A stretch of DNA of 64,000 nucleotides from a virus (IMGVR_UViG_2895427314_000003:1-64000); one strand, 5' to 3'. Counted from the stretch's first letter, positions 26,956-35,441 are shown. A program made the numbers and translations. Notes: generated by a model not told the origin, from the letters alone.

Positions 26956-27752
26956 GCGACACCACCACACGGCAGCTCATGGACGCGCTGCTCGCCCACT
27001 ACCGCAAGCCCGGCACCGACCAGGACGGTGAGGTACTCATCCCTGAAGTGGCCGCCCCTGGCTCCAGCCGCCGCGCCGATCTCGTACGGGTCGGACTGTG
27101 GTCGAGCAGGGGGTACGGCATCGACGTGCACGAGCTGAAGGTCAGCCGCGCGGACTGGCTGCGCGAACTCGACGACCCAGCGAAGGCGGAAGCCTGGTGG
27201 GAGCACTCCAGCCGCTTTTGGATCGTCGCCCCGCCGAACATGATCCAGCCGTCCGAACTGCCGACCGGCTGGGGCCTGATGGTGCCGCCCACGTCAGCGA
27301 ACCATCGCCGCTTCAAGGTGGTGGTGAAACCCGCCGAGCGCCAGCCGAAGCTGACGCTGGCGCTGATGACCGAACTGGTGCGGCGGGCCGACAACATCCG
27401 CGCCGGTGAGATCTGGCAGATCAAGCAGGAGCACCGCAACGCCCTCTACGAGCAGGAGCAGAAGATCCGGCAGGAGATCGGCTCTTCCCGACTCGACTAC
27501 GAGACCCAGGAGCGCCTGGAACTGTTGGACAAGATCGAGGCTGCGATGGGGATGCAGATCACGCGGTACGCGTCCCGCAGGGACGAGCGTTTCGTGGGCG
27601 TGGAGGAGTGGGTGGCGGCCGTCGCTGAGTTTACGCCCGATCACGTCGCGCTCCAGCGGCACCGCCGCGAACTGGACGGCATGGAGGATCGGATCCGCCG
27701 CGCTGCGAACTTCGCGCTGACCAACCTCCCGGAGCGAGGCGACCATGGCTGA
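26952..27752 (+). CDS. MmcB-like PD-(D/E)XK nuclease
   Basis: RRADLV...WSSRG..I..HELKVSRADWLREL..P.K...W.....RFWIV. Confidence 0.75.
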   Translation: MSDTTTRQLMDALLAHYRKPGTDQDGEVLIPEVAAPGSSRRADLVRVGLWSSRGYGIDVHELKVSRADWLRELDDPAKAEAWWEHSSRFWIVAPPNMIQPSELPTGWGLMVPPTSANHRRFKVVVKPAERQPKLTLALMTELVRRADNIRAGEIWQIKQEHRNALYEQEQKIRQEIGSSRLDYETQERLELLDKIEAAMGMQITRYASRRDERFVGVEEWVAAVAEFTPDHVALQRHRRELDGMEDRIRRAANFALTNLPERGDHG

Positions 27753-28206
27753 CACCACCGAGAAAACGATCGCGTCCGAACTGCGAGAGGCGGCGGCGAG
27801 AGCGCGCGAGCACCTGTTGTCGCATGTGGTCGCTGAGGTGCTTCCGCAGACCGCGATTGTGGTGCTGTGCGGCAGCGTCCACGAGGAGTCGGCGGTGACC
27901 TGCCGCAACTGTGTCCTGTTCGACGTGAAGGACCGGGTGCTGGCCCGCTTGGTGGCGACGCTGATCAACGCCCGTGAGCCTCTCGCTTCCTGGCTGGAGC
28001 AGGTGGCGGAGGTCTTCGACAAGGAGGTCATCTGCGACCAGCCGGAGTGCCCCGCATGCGGTGACGGCTGCCATGTCGATCACGGCACGCTCCTCGTCCA
28101 TGACGGCGGCTGCGGAGGTGTCCTGCTCGATGTGGGTGAGGACCGGTGCTCCTGCTTTGCGGGCGGGATGGCTGTGGCTCGTGTCCTGAACGGAACCTCC
28201 CGGTGA
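27745..28206 (+). CDS. Hypothetical Cys-rich protein
   Basis: Overlap chain. Confidence 0.7.
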   Translation: MADTTEKTIASELREAAARAREHLLSHVVAEVLPQTAIVVLCGSVHEESAVTCRNCVLFDVKDRVLARLVATLINAREPLASWLEQVAEVFDKEVICDQPECPACGDGCHVDHGTLLVHDGGCGGVLLDVGEDRCSCFAGGMAVARVLNGTSR

Positions 28207-28454
28207 GCCGCGTGGATGACATCTTCTACGAGCTGGTGTGGCGGCCTCGCTGGACTGGCCCGTTGGTCGAGACGTCTCCTCCTGCGCCCGCCAGGCGCGT
28301 GGAGGTCCTGCCGAAAACCGACTGGGCGGAGACTGCCGAAGAGGTGGCCGACGAAGCCGAGTCCGAGCGTGTGCGGCTCGCCGATCTGGTTGCTGCGGGC
28401 TTGTCTCCGCTGGAGGCTGCCCGGCTGCTGTTCGCCGAAGGGACCGCGTCGTGA
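28203..28454 (+). CDS. Hypothetical protein
   Basis: Overlap chain. Confidence 0.6.
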   Translation: MSRVDDIFYELVWRPRWTGPLVETSPPAPARRVEVLPKTDWAETAEEVADEAESERVRLADLVAAGLSPLEAARLLFAEGTAS

Positions 28455-28579
28455 CCCGCCGGGACTGGTACTTGAAGACGCTCGCCCTGATGGAGGCGGC
28501 GGCCGTCGTCGAGACGGACCCGCGACGCGAGGACGCCCCCGTTCAGACGATCGACGAGGAGGCCACCGATGTGGCGTAG
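28451..28579 (+). CDS. Small hypothetical protein
   Basis: Overlap chain. Confidence 0.5.
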   Translation: MTRRDWYLKTLALMEAAAVVETDPRREDAPVQTIDEEATDVA

Positions 28580-28847
28580 GTCCAGCTTCTGCAACGGCGC
28601 TACCGCGTGTGTGGAGGTGGCGGAGGTCGAGGGCTTGGTGGCGTTACGGGACTCGAAGGAGCCGGACGGCCCGGTGCTGCTCTACAGCCGCCTTGAGTGG
28701 GAGGCGTTCCTGGCGGGCGTCCGAGCCGGAGAGTTTGATCTGGCGGTCCTTTGCGCTTCGGCGGGGGACGGCTCGGACGGAGATGCCCGCGCTCGCGCCT
28801 CAGAGGCCCCTACGGCGCGAGAAGACGCGTCTCAGGTCTCCGTGTAG
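28569..28847 (+). CDS. DUF397 domain protein
   Basis: WRRSSFC....CVEVA......VALRDSKEP.GPVL.....EW.AFL..VRAGEFD signature. Confidence 0.92.
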   Translation: MWRRSSFCNGATACVEVAEVEGLVALRDSKEPDGPVLLYSRLEWEAFLAGVRAGEFDLAVLCASAGDGSDGDARARASEAPTAREDASQVSV

Positions 28848-28857
28848 CGCCCGCCCC

Positions 28858-28896
28858 GTCTCGCGGGGCTCTGGGGTACCTACAGCCCCGCGAGGC
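28858..28896 (+). terminator. 13-bp hairpin with GGTACCT in the loop
   Basis: GTCTCGCGGGGCT-N13-AGCCCCGCGAGGC. Confidence 0.55.
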
Positions 28897-28964
28897 GAAC
28901 TCCAGTTCCCAGCAAGATCGAAATATGCAGCTTCAAGATCAATGTTCGATAGGAGATCCGAACG

Positions 28965-29309
28965 ATGCGAGGCATCAACGAGCCGCCCGTGAAGGTCTGG
29001 CTGGTGTGGTCCAACGAGCACGACGCCTGGTGGGGGCCCGCAAGGCGGGGCTACACGCACGACGTGTGGGCCGCAGGCCGTTACGCCGAGACGGACGCGG
29101 CCGTGATCTGCCGGAGGGCGGCGTATGGCTGGCGTGAGGGCGCGCTCCCGCCCGAGGTGATGGTCTCCGCGCCGGAGAACGACCAGGACAAGTTCTCCGT
29201 GGACGACCTGCGTCACATGCCCGAGCGGATGGCTGCGAGAGCTGAGGAGGTCACCCGGGAGGCGATCGCCAAGAGGCGGGCCGAGCAGGACAGCGAGGTG
29301 TCCCGCTGA
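28965..29309 (+). CDS. Hypothetical protein
   Basis: AGGAG RBS; WLVWSNEH.AWW.P..RGYT.....AGRY motif common in phages. Confidence 0.75.
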   Translation: MRGINEPPVKVWLVWSNEHDAWWGPARRGYTHDVWAAGRYAETDAAVICRRAAYGWREGALPPEVMVSAPENDQDKFSVDDLRHMPERMAARAEEVTREAIAKRRAEQDSEVSR

Positions 29310-29596
29310 TGGCCCGCTACCGCAAGACGATCGAGGTCGAGGCCGTCCAGTGGACGGGAGACAACCGCGATGAGGTGCTCGCCCTCGTCGGCTCGTTCAG
29401 ATCGAGGACGACCTTCACCAGCCACGAGCCGTCGCTGGTGCAGATCTGGATGACTGAGTGGCACCGGATGGAGGTCCCTGTCGGCGACTGGATCGCTGAG
29501 GAGCCGATGGGCGACACGATGGCCCTTCGCCATGTGTGGGTGTCCGAGTTCGCCGCTGGCTACCAGCCCGTCCAGGACATCGAGGCTGCCCAGTGA
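29309..29596 (+). CDS. Hypothetical protein (RYRK.IEVEAVQWTG family)
   Basis: Common phage small-protein motif; TGATG overlap. Confidence 0.75.
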   Translation: MARYRKTIEVEAVQWTGDNRDEVLALVGSFRSRTTFTSHEPSLVQIWMTEWHRMEVPVGDWIAEEPMGDTMALRHVWVSEFAAGYQPVQDIEAAQ

Positions 29597-30015
29597 GCAG
29601 CGTCTACCGCGTCCTCTGCCTCTCCCACGACCCGGCCATCATCCTCTCCGAGGTCGAGTACCACCGACCCGAGGCGGCCGTCTCGGATATCGCTGCAGGC
29701 ATCGACGGCCACGCAGAGTGTGATCTGCTGATCGGCCGGTACTCGTACCCGCTGATCGAGGTCGGCTGCCCGCCCGCCACCGGCCCTGAACGGTCAGGCC
29801 GCCCCCGCTGCTCCACCCACTCCACGACGGAGTGGGTGGACGTGGCATGGCTGCGGATCCTCCTCGCCGTGCACCGCAACGGCACCAAGGAGATGCAGGA
29901 ACTGGTCGGTGCCACGCAGCTCCGCCACTGGTCGTACGAGCGGTTGCGACGCCTCCGCGACGAACTCGGCATCGACGCGGACGAGCCCGCCGACCAGTCT
30001 GGGGAAGGCCGGTGA
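29593..30015 (+). CDS. Hypothetical protein
   Basis: Overlap chain. Confidence 0.7.
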   Translation: MSSVYRVLCLSHDPAIILSEVEYHRPEAAVSDIAAGIDGHAECDLLIGRYSYPLIEVGCPPATGPERSGRPRCSTHSTTEWVDVAWLRILLAVHRNGTKEMQELVGATQLRHWSYERLRRLRDELGIDADEPADQSGEGR

Positions 30016-30019
30016 ACGG

Positions 30020-30292
30020 CTACTCGGCGGCGGTCTCGGGTTCGCCGGCGTGCTGCTTTCGGGGGCGTCCAGGGTGCATGCGGGCGCGGCGCTCTGCCAG
30101 CTCCTGCTCGGCTGCCGCGAGCTTGTCCAGCTGGGCCTCGCCTCCATGGCGGTTGATCTGCCGTCGCATGTGGTCGAGCAGGTCGGCGGTTCGGTTGGTT
30201 CCGAGCTGCTTGCACACCTCGCCGTATGCCTCCCAGAGGACTTCAGGCACCCGGATTGGGCGGGGCTTGGTGACCTGGTCGTCGCTGCTCAT
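30020..30292 (-). CDS. Ribbon-helix-helix regulator
   Basis: KPRPIRVPEVLWEAYGEVCKQLGTNRTADLLDHMRRQI RHH pattern; basic GRPRK tail. Confidence 0.8.
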   Translation of the reverse strand: MSSDDQVTKPRPIRVPEVLWEAYGEVCKQLGTNRTADLLDHMRRQINRHGGEAQLDKLAAAEQELAERRARMHPGRPRKQHAGEPETAAE

Positions 30293-30305
30293 GGCGTCCC
30301 TTCGC

Positions 30306-30376
30306 TGTGTATCTACAGAAATCTTCTCAGAGGTATTGCGTATCTACAAGCATGAGAGTTAATCTGTAGATACACA
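30306..30376. promoter_or_regulatory. Divergent promoter/operator region
   Basis: Perfect 14-bp IR TGTGTATCTACAGA/TCTGTAGATACACA plus a third GTATCTACA at 30340; TTGCGT-N18-TAATCT promoter on the + strand. Confidence 0.75.
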
Positions 30377-30398
30377 ACAGGACGCCAGGGAGAACAAG

Positions 30399-30539
30399 AT
30401 GACTTTCGCCCAGATCCTCGCCGCAGACCCGAACACCACCGACGCCGACATCGAGGACTTCACCTCCTACATGAGCGACGCGGACGCGGACCGCTTCTGG
30501 AGGCAGGTCCGCGAGACCCGGGACGCGCTCCGCAAGTAG
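30399..30539 (+). CDS. Small acidic protein (46 aa)
   Basis: GGGAG RBS; first gene after the operator-flanked promoter. Confidence 0.65.
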   Translation: MTFAQILAADPNTTDADIEDFTSYMSDADADRFWRQVRETRDALRK

Positions 30540-30546
30540 GACCTCA

Positions 30547-30569
30547 GAGCCCCGGGAAGACCGGGGCTC
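30547..30569 (+). terminator. 9-bp hairpin
   Basis: GAGCCCCGG-GAAGA-CCGGGGCTC. Confidence 0.5.
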
Positions 30570-30629
30570 ACCCCCCCTCTCCCTGAACCCGACCGGAAGA
30601 TCCCGCGACCAGCGCCACGGAGGACCGAG

Positions 30630-30815
30630 ATGACCGCTCCCACCGCCCCGCACTCCGACAACCGGTGCACCGCCACCGCTGAGACGTGGGGAATGACCTT
30701 CCGCTGCACACGCCCCGCCGACCATCCCGGCTCGATGCACAGCCTGAACATGTCCGAGCCCGAGCAGCCCGCCCCTGCCACTCCCCGATCTTGTCCGCCC
30801 CTGCCGCTGCCGTAG
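30630..30815 (+). CDS. Small Cys/His protein (C...C..P..HPG.H)
   Basis: GGAGG RBS. Confidence 0.6.
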   Translation: MTAPTAPHSDNRCTATAETWGMTFRCTRPADHPGSMHSLNMSEPEQPAPATPRSCPPLPLP

Positions 30816-30823
30816 GAGCACCG

Positions 30824-31222
30824 ATGACCACCCAGCCCAAGCCGGTCTCCCCGTCCGGCATCTCCCGCCAGTTGCGCAACGCCGGATACCCCGTCATCGG
30901 GGTCGGTATCGGCACCGGCCGCCGCCTGCCCGGCGTGTACGTGTCGGGCAGGCGGAAGTTCGGCTCCGTGACGGTGATGGTCAGGAACGACGACAACCCG
31001 GGGCGGCGTGCCGAACTGGCGGCCGAGGTGGCGGAGTTCCTGCGGAAGGCGGGGCGCTTCGTGGACCACACGCCTGGCAAGTGGGTGTTCAGCGTCCGCG
31101 CCACCGGCCCCGCCCCGGGACGCCTCGTCAAGGCGTTGCGTGAGGCCGCCGCCAACTTTCCGCCGATGGAGCCGGACCCGCACGTGTGCGAGACCGACTG
31201 TGAGTGCCAGAACGACGACTGA
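30824..31222 (+). CDS. Hypothetical protein
   Basis: AGGAG RBS. Confidence 0.7.
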   Translation: MTTQPKPVSPSGISRQLRNAGYPVIGVGIGTGRRLPGVYVSGRRKFGSVTVMVRNDDNPGRRAELAAEVAEFLRKAGRFVDHTPGKWVFSVRATGPAPGRLVKALREAAANFPPMEPDPHVCETDCECQNDD

Positions 31223-31245
31223 CCGCCCCTGACGTAGGAGACCTG

Positions 31246-31530
31246 ATGAGAACCACGCTCTCGCCCGAACGTCTCGCTGTTCTCGCCGCCGAAGGGAAGG
31301 CGGAGGCAGCGAAGAGTCGTTTCGTGGATCCGTGCGCCGCCGCTCAGTCGAAGAAGCTGCTGCGCGAGCGTGGCGAGGAGTGGGCGGCGAGCGTCCTCAT
31401 GCGGGACCTATCGCGCCGCTCCCTCGCCTTCCCGCACCTGCCGTGGCTGGAGGATGGCGAGATCGAGACGCTGATTCTCGCCGACCGCGCCGAATGGGAG
31501 CAGATCACCCGCGCGTTCGAGAGCGCCTGA
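31246..31530 (+). CDS. Hypothetical protein
   Basis: AGGAG RBS. Confidence 0.7.
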   Translation: MRTTLSPERLAVLAAEGKAEAAKSRFVDPCAAAQSKKLLRERGEEWAASVLMRDLSRRSLAFPHLPWLEDGEIETLILADRAEWEQITRAFESA

Positions 31531-31540
31531 CCTCTCCCTC

Positions 31541-31563
31541 TCCCCGGTACCTCCTGCCGGGGA
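31541..31563 (+). terminator. Hairpin containing GGTACCT
   Basis: TCCCCGG-TACCTCCTG-CCGGGGA. Confidence 0.45.
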
Positions 31564-31601
31564 CCGGGACACCCAACCCCTCAACGACCAAGGAGTTCCC
31601 C

Positions 31602-31814
31602 GTGAGTGACAACGAAGAGACCGTGAAGCTGAAGGTGAACGTCAGCCTGATCACCTCGGTGCGCAGCAACACCGAGAGCGTCATCGACACGGGCGAGACC
31701 CGCGAGGACTGGGACGCCATGACCAAAGCCGAGCAAGAGAAGCTCGGCAACGAGCTGTACAGCGAGTGGGTCGCCACCATGACGTCCGGCGGCTGGGAAG
31801 TTGTGGAGGACTGA
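31602..31814 (+). CDS. Hypothetical protein
   Basis: AAGGAG RBS. Confidence 0.7.
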   Translation: MSDNEETVKLKVNVSLITSVRSNTESVIDTGETREDWDAMTKAEQEKLGNELYSEWVATMTSGGWEVVED

Positions 31815-31817
31815 CCG

Positions 31818-32273
31818 ATGAGCGAAGAGAAGCACCAGGGGTGCCGGGCCTGCGACCGTACCGACGTGAGCTTGAAGGCGGACGGGACGTTACGCATGCA
31901 CGTCCGCAGCAAGGGCGGCAACGCCTGGCTCGCCCCGGGCGGGAACCGCTGCCACGGCGCTGGTGAACCGCCCAAGGGCGTGCTCGGCCACTACGCGAAG
32001 CAGGTGATCGCAACCCTGCTGCCGTACTTCTCCGACCTGAAGAAGCCGTACGTGGCCGAGGTGATCGGCGAGGCGGTCCAGAAGCACCACGCCAGCCCCA
32101 GCGAGACGTTCGAGGCGATCCTCGACGGCGGCTCGGCCAACTGGCGGCTCAAGCCGGACGGGCGCAACACCGGACGGGTCAGGCTGGCCTGCTACCGGCT
32201 CAACGAGCGCCCTGAGGACCTGGCCCTGGAGGAGCGGGTAAATGCCGCCCTCGCAGAGATCCGCTACCGCTGA
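31818..32273 (+). CDS. Hypothetical protein with N-terminal zinc-ribbon-like motif
   Basis: CRAC....LKADG.LRMH....RC. Confidence 0.7.
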   Translation: MSEEKHQGCRACDRTDVSLKADGTLRMHVRSKGGNAWLAPGGNRCHGAGEPPKGVLGHYAKQVIATLLPYFSDLKKPYVAEVIGEAVQKHHASPSETFEAILDGGSANWRLKPDGRNTGRVRLACYRLNERPEDLALEERVNAALAEIRYR

Positions 32274-32280
32274 CCATCCA

Positions 32281-32313
32281 GCCCTGTCTCTCCGGTACCT
32301 GGCGAGACAGGGC
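32281..32313 (+). terminator. 10-bp hairpin with GGTACCT in the loop
   Basis: GCCCTGTCTC-N13-GAGACAGGGC. Confidence 0.55.
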
Positions 32314-32317
32314 GGTA

Positions 32318-32373
32318 ATCCACAAGACCAGATCGACAACGGCAGATCTACAAGACCAGATCCACAAGAGGAG
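32318..32373 (+). repeat. Four tandem 14-bp repeats
   Basis: ATCCACAAGACCAG/ATCGACAACGGCAG/ATCTACAAGACCAG/ATCCACAAGAGGAG. Confidence 0.85.
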
Positions 32374-32382
32374 CCCTCGAAC

Positions 32383-32655
32383 ATGGCCAGCGAGCAGTTC
32401 CCTGACCGTCTCCTCCGCCACGGCTACGACAGCGAACGAACCCGGGCGAGAAGCAACTTGGAGATCGAACTTCGTGACGCCCGAGCGGTCCTGGACCAGC
32501 TCACCGAGATCGTGAAGGACGACACCGCGACCATTGTCGGCTCCACGGCGGCGCGACTGGGCCGCACCGTCGCCGATCTGGTCGCCTACGCGAACGCTCT
32601 GGACATGGCCAACCGTCTGGCGTTCCTCTGCCCACCCGCCCCCGAGGAAGGTTGA
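32383..32655 (+). CDS. Hypothetical protein
   Basis: GAGGAG RBS supplied by the last repeat. Confidence 0.7.
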   Translation: MASEQFPDRLLRHGYDSERTRARSNLEIELRDARAVLDQLTEIVKDDTATIVGSTAARLGRTVADLVAYANALDMANRLAFLCPPAPEEG

Positions 32656-32819
32656 TCCCGATGCCTGACGTAACCGTCCCCGACTGGCTGTTGCAGTCCG
32701 CTCTCTCCTCCTGGCGGCGGGATCCGAGCCTCTGCCTGGAGGAGCGGATGCGGGCCGTCCTCGTTGACGCCCTCACCGAGTACCGGATCGTCTACGGGCC
32801 GGAGGAGGGCTGATCCCCG

Positions 32820-33086
32820 ATGGCTTTGATCACTGACACCCCGTACGGGCGTAACGCCGTAGACGCCCTGAGCGCCGCTGTCGCGCTCGAACGCGACTTC
32901 CCCGGCTGGCTGGCCGCGACCCTCGCCACCGTCGCCGCCTCCCAGCCTCACGGCTCCTACGACCTCACCGCAGGACGGCCCGGCTCGTGGGAGGCAGACC
33001 TAGTTCGGCGGCTGCTGGCCGGCACTGTGGGCGAGGACGACGAATACCTCGGCATGTACCGGGAGGGTGGCAGCGATGATGAGTGA
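32820..33086 (+). CDS. Hypothetical protein
   Basis: GGAGG RBS. Confidence 0.7.
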   Translation: MALITDTPYGRNAVDALSAAVALERDFPGWLAATLATVAASQPHGSYDLTAGRPGSWEADLVRRLLAGTVGEDDEYLGMYREGGSDDE

Positions 33087-33588
33087 GACCGCTGACTGGC
33101 CGTACGACGCCGACCAGCATGACCCGCTCACCAAGCTCCGCATCCCGGTGACGTGCTTCGTTCCGCGCTGGAAGTACGCGGCGTCGTTCGACCGGGAGTC
33201 TGAGGTGCGGCCCACCGACTGGGAGGCTGCGCAGCTCGTCTCGTTCATCGACGAGTATCGCGAGCACTGGTTCAACGAGACGTGGAAGGCGAAGCTCGCC
33301 GAGCGGCCGTTCGATATCGACAGCGGCAATCCCACCAGGATCTTCCACAAGTGGGCGGACGGTGACTGGTCCTACCGGGTGGTGACGTGGCAGTACGGGC
33401 CGGTGTGGGTGCCGGTCTTCCCTCGCCTGCGCGGCACGCACCTTGACGACCGTCCGAACTGGGCAGGCCCGATGACGCTGGTGCAGGTGATGGACCGCAT
33501 CTACACCGTCGGTGGCGAGACGTTCAAGCACTGGACGGACTGGAAGGCCGCCCACCCTGAGATCTTCGGCGAGGTAAGCCGTGGCTGA
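33076..33588 (+). CDS. Hypothetical Trp-rich protein
   Basis: Overlap chain. Confidence 0.75.
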   Translation: MMSETADWPYDADQHDPLTKLRIPVTCFVPRWKYAASFDRESEVRPTDWEAAQLVSFIDEYREHWFNETWKAKLAERPFDIDSGNPTRIFHKWADGDWSYRVVTWQYGPVWVPVFPRLRGTHLDDRPNWAGPMTLVQVMDRIYTVGGETFKHWTDWKAAHPEIFGEVSRG

Positions 33589-33805
33589 TCAGGAGAATCC
33601 ACTCACCTGCGAGTACTTCCCGAACCACCCAGCAACGCAGGTGCTCTCCGCTGATCTCTTCGGCATGGGCAGGCACACCACGTTCTGCTGCGCCCAATGC
33701 GGCGACGAGCAGGAGGGGCACGTTCGCCGCATCGACCCGCACGCCGTCGTGTGGCGGTTCACCATCACCCCGATCACCCCGATCAAGGAGAAGGCTGATG
33801 CCTGA
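33581..33805 (+). CDS. Small Cys-containing protein
   Basis: Overlap chain. Confidence 0.6.
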   Translation: MADQENPLTCEYFPNHPATQVLSADLFGMGRHTTFCCAQCGDEQEGHVRRIDPHAVVWRFTITPITPIKEKADA

Positions 33806-34067
33806 TGATCTGCACGTGCTGATCCGCCGAGCCATCAACGACCCCGGAACGTTCACCACGCGGCGGGAGGGCGAGACGGTTGGTGACTGGGCGGCGAGAG
33901 CGGTTCCGATCTCGCTTCGCTCGGGCGACGACGACATGGTGACCGTGATGGCCGGCGACATCGCGATCGCGCTGGCGTTCATGAAGCACGCTGGGGACGC
34001 CCCCAGAGACGTGGTACGGCGTCTCGCTACGGCCCTGGCAGAGCAGGGGATGACAGACCGTGCCTGA
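33798..34067 (+). CDS. Hypothetical protein
   Basis: AAGGAG RBS. Confidence 0.7.
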   Translation: MPDDLHVLIRRAINDPGTFTTRREGETVGDWAARAVPISLRSGDDDMVTVMAGDIAIALAFMKHAGDAPRDVVRRLATALAEQGMTDRA

Positions 34068-34599
34068 CCTTCCCGAGGAAGCCGTCCAGGCCGCTGCGTC
34101 AGCGATCTCGCGGATGCTGTTCTCTGGCCAGCCGGAGTACGGGACGTGGATGGAGCACGACGAAGACCTCGCCCGCGCGGCTGTCGAGGCTGCTGCTCCT
34201 GTCCTCGCCGCCCAGGCCTGTGTTGGTGAGCGAGCCCGCTGTATCGCCGACCTCCGCGCCCGTGCCGCTACCGAGCGGGCGCTCCCGCAGGAGAGGCGCG
34301 CGGCAGGAGAACCGACCGTCGTCGCAGACCTATGGCAAGGCCACGATCGGGCGATGAGTCTGGAGTGGGCGGCCGAGGTCCTCGCCACCGAGAACGGGGG
34401 AGCCCGTGATGGTGGCGAGCACGAGCACCGGCAGGCGGCTGAGCGTCTGCTGGACCTTGTCGACCCGAAGCGCCCCGGCTATGACCCTGACCGCTTCGAC
34501 GCCTTCCTTGCCGACCACGGACTCGTCTACCACCCGCGCATGAGAGACACCCTGAAGGCGGCAGCTCACCTGATCGGAGGAGCCCATGAACCCCGCTGA
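34060..34599 (+). CDS. Hypothetical protein
   Basis: Overlap chain. Confidence 0.7.
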   Translation: MPDLPEEAVQAAASAISRMLFSGQPEYGTWMEHDEDLARAAVEAAAPVLAAQACVGERARCIADLRARAATERALPQERRAAGEPTVVADLWQGHDRAMSLEWAAEVLATENGGARDGGEHEHRQAAERLLDLVDPKRPGYDPDRFDAFLADHGLVYHPRMRDTLKAAAHLIGGAHEPR

Positions 34600-34858
34600 G
34601 GTGATCGCTGAGGCTCGTATCGCCGCGTTTGAGGAACGCTGGGGTGACGGCTCCGCCTCCCGGGAGACGTTCTTTAAGGAGGCGCAGCGAGACCTGGACG
34701 CGTTGGCCGGCGCAGGCATGGTCGTCGTCTCCGCTGAGGACCTCCGCGCCGCCATCGAGGTCCTGGAAGCGGTGAACGACCCGTGGCGGTACATCACAGA
34801 GGAGCCGGACCTGCTCAACCGCCTCCGTGCCGCCCTACCCGAGAGGAGCGACCCGTGA
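34586..34858 (+). CDS. Hypothetical protein
   Basis: GGAGG RBS. Confidence 0.7.
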   Translation: MNPAEVIAEARIAAFEERWGDGSASRETFFKEAQRDLDALAGAGMVVVSAEDLRAAIEVLEAVNDPWRYITEEPDLLNRLRAALPERSDP

Positions 34859-35007
34859 GGTATGTGATCCAAGAGCACTACGACGACCTGCGACAGGTGT
34901 GCACCAACACAGGAGACTGCGACTGGCGCGGCGGCGTCAATGACGAGCCGTGGAAGGTGTGCCCTCGCTGCTTCTCCGGGCTCGAGGCGGTGGGTCCTGG
35001 TGCCTGA
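34855..35007 (+). CDS. Small zinc-ribbon protein
   Basis: C....C...CPRC; GTGA overlap. Confidence 0.55.
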   Translation: MRYVIQEHYDDLRQVCTNTGDCDWRGGVNDEPWKVCPRCFSGLEAVGPGA

Positions 35008-35236
35008 GACGCTGCTTGACGATCTCCCGCTGGGCCTTTTCACCGTTGAGTGCGACGGAAGCGCCTGCGGGTCCGGCTCCGCCTTCGGCTGGCACGTCCA
35101 CCTGGAGCAGCACGGCAGGGCTCCACTGGGGCGAGTCCGTGTCACCGAGGGCAGACGCACCTACCTGACGGAGGTGCGGGAGCTGCCGACATCCGACGCC
35201 TTGCTTCTGGCGATTCAGGGAGCCGTCCGTGCCTGA
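35000..35236 (+). CDS. Hypothetical protein
   Basis: Overlap chain. Confidence 0.55.
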   Translation: MPETLLDDLPLGLFTVECDGSACGSGSAFGWHVHLEQHGRAPLGRVRVTEGRRTYLTEVRELPTSDALLLAIQGAVRA

Positions 35237-35441
35237 CTTCACCGCCGAGATCCGTCAACTCGTCACCCTGAAAGATGACGACCTGCAAGAGCGCGTTTAC
35301 GTGGCCCGCCAGGTCCTGAATCGGGCGCACCGAGAAGGCTACGAGGAGGGCTACGAGCAGGCGATGCGGGACCGAGGGTTGGCCGACGTGATCGCCCGCC
35401 TCGAAACGCACGCCGCCCAACGTGAGGAGAACGATGTCTGA
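35229..35441 (+). CDS. Hypothetical protein
   Basis: Overlap chain. Confidence 0.6.
   Translation: MPDFTAEIRQLVTLKDDDLQERVYVARQVLNRAHREGYEEGYEQAMRDRGLADVIARLETHAAQREENDV

Noticed and set aside
32318-32373. CRISPR-like mini-array
   Set aside because: Direct tandem 14-mers with no spacers, and no cas genes in the window
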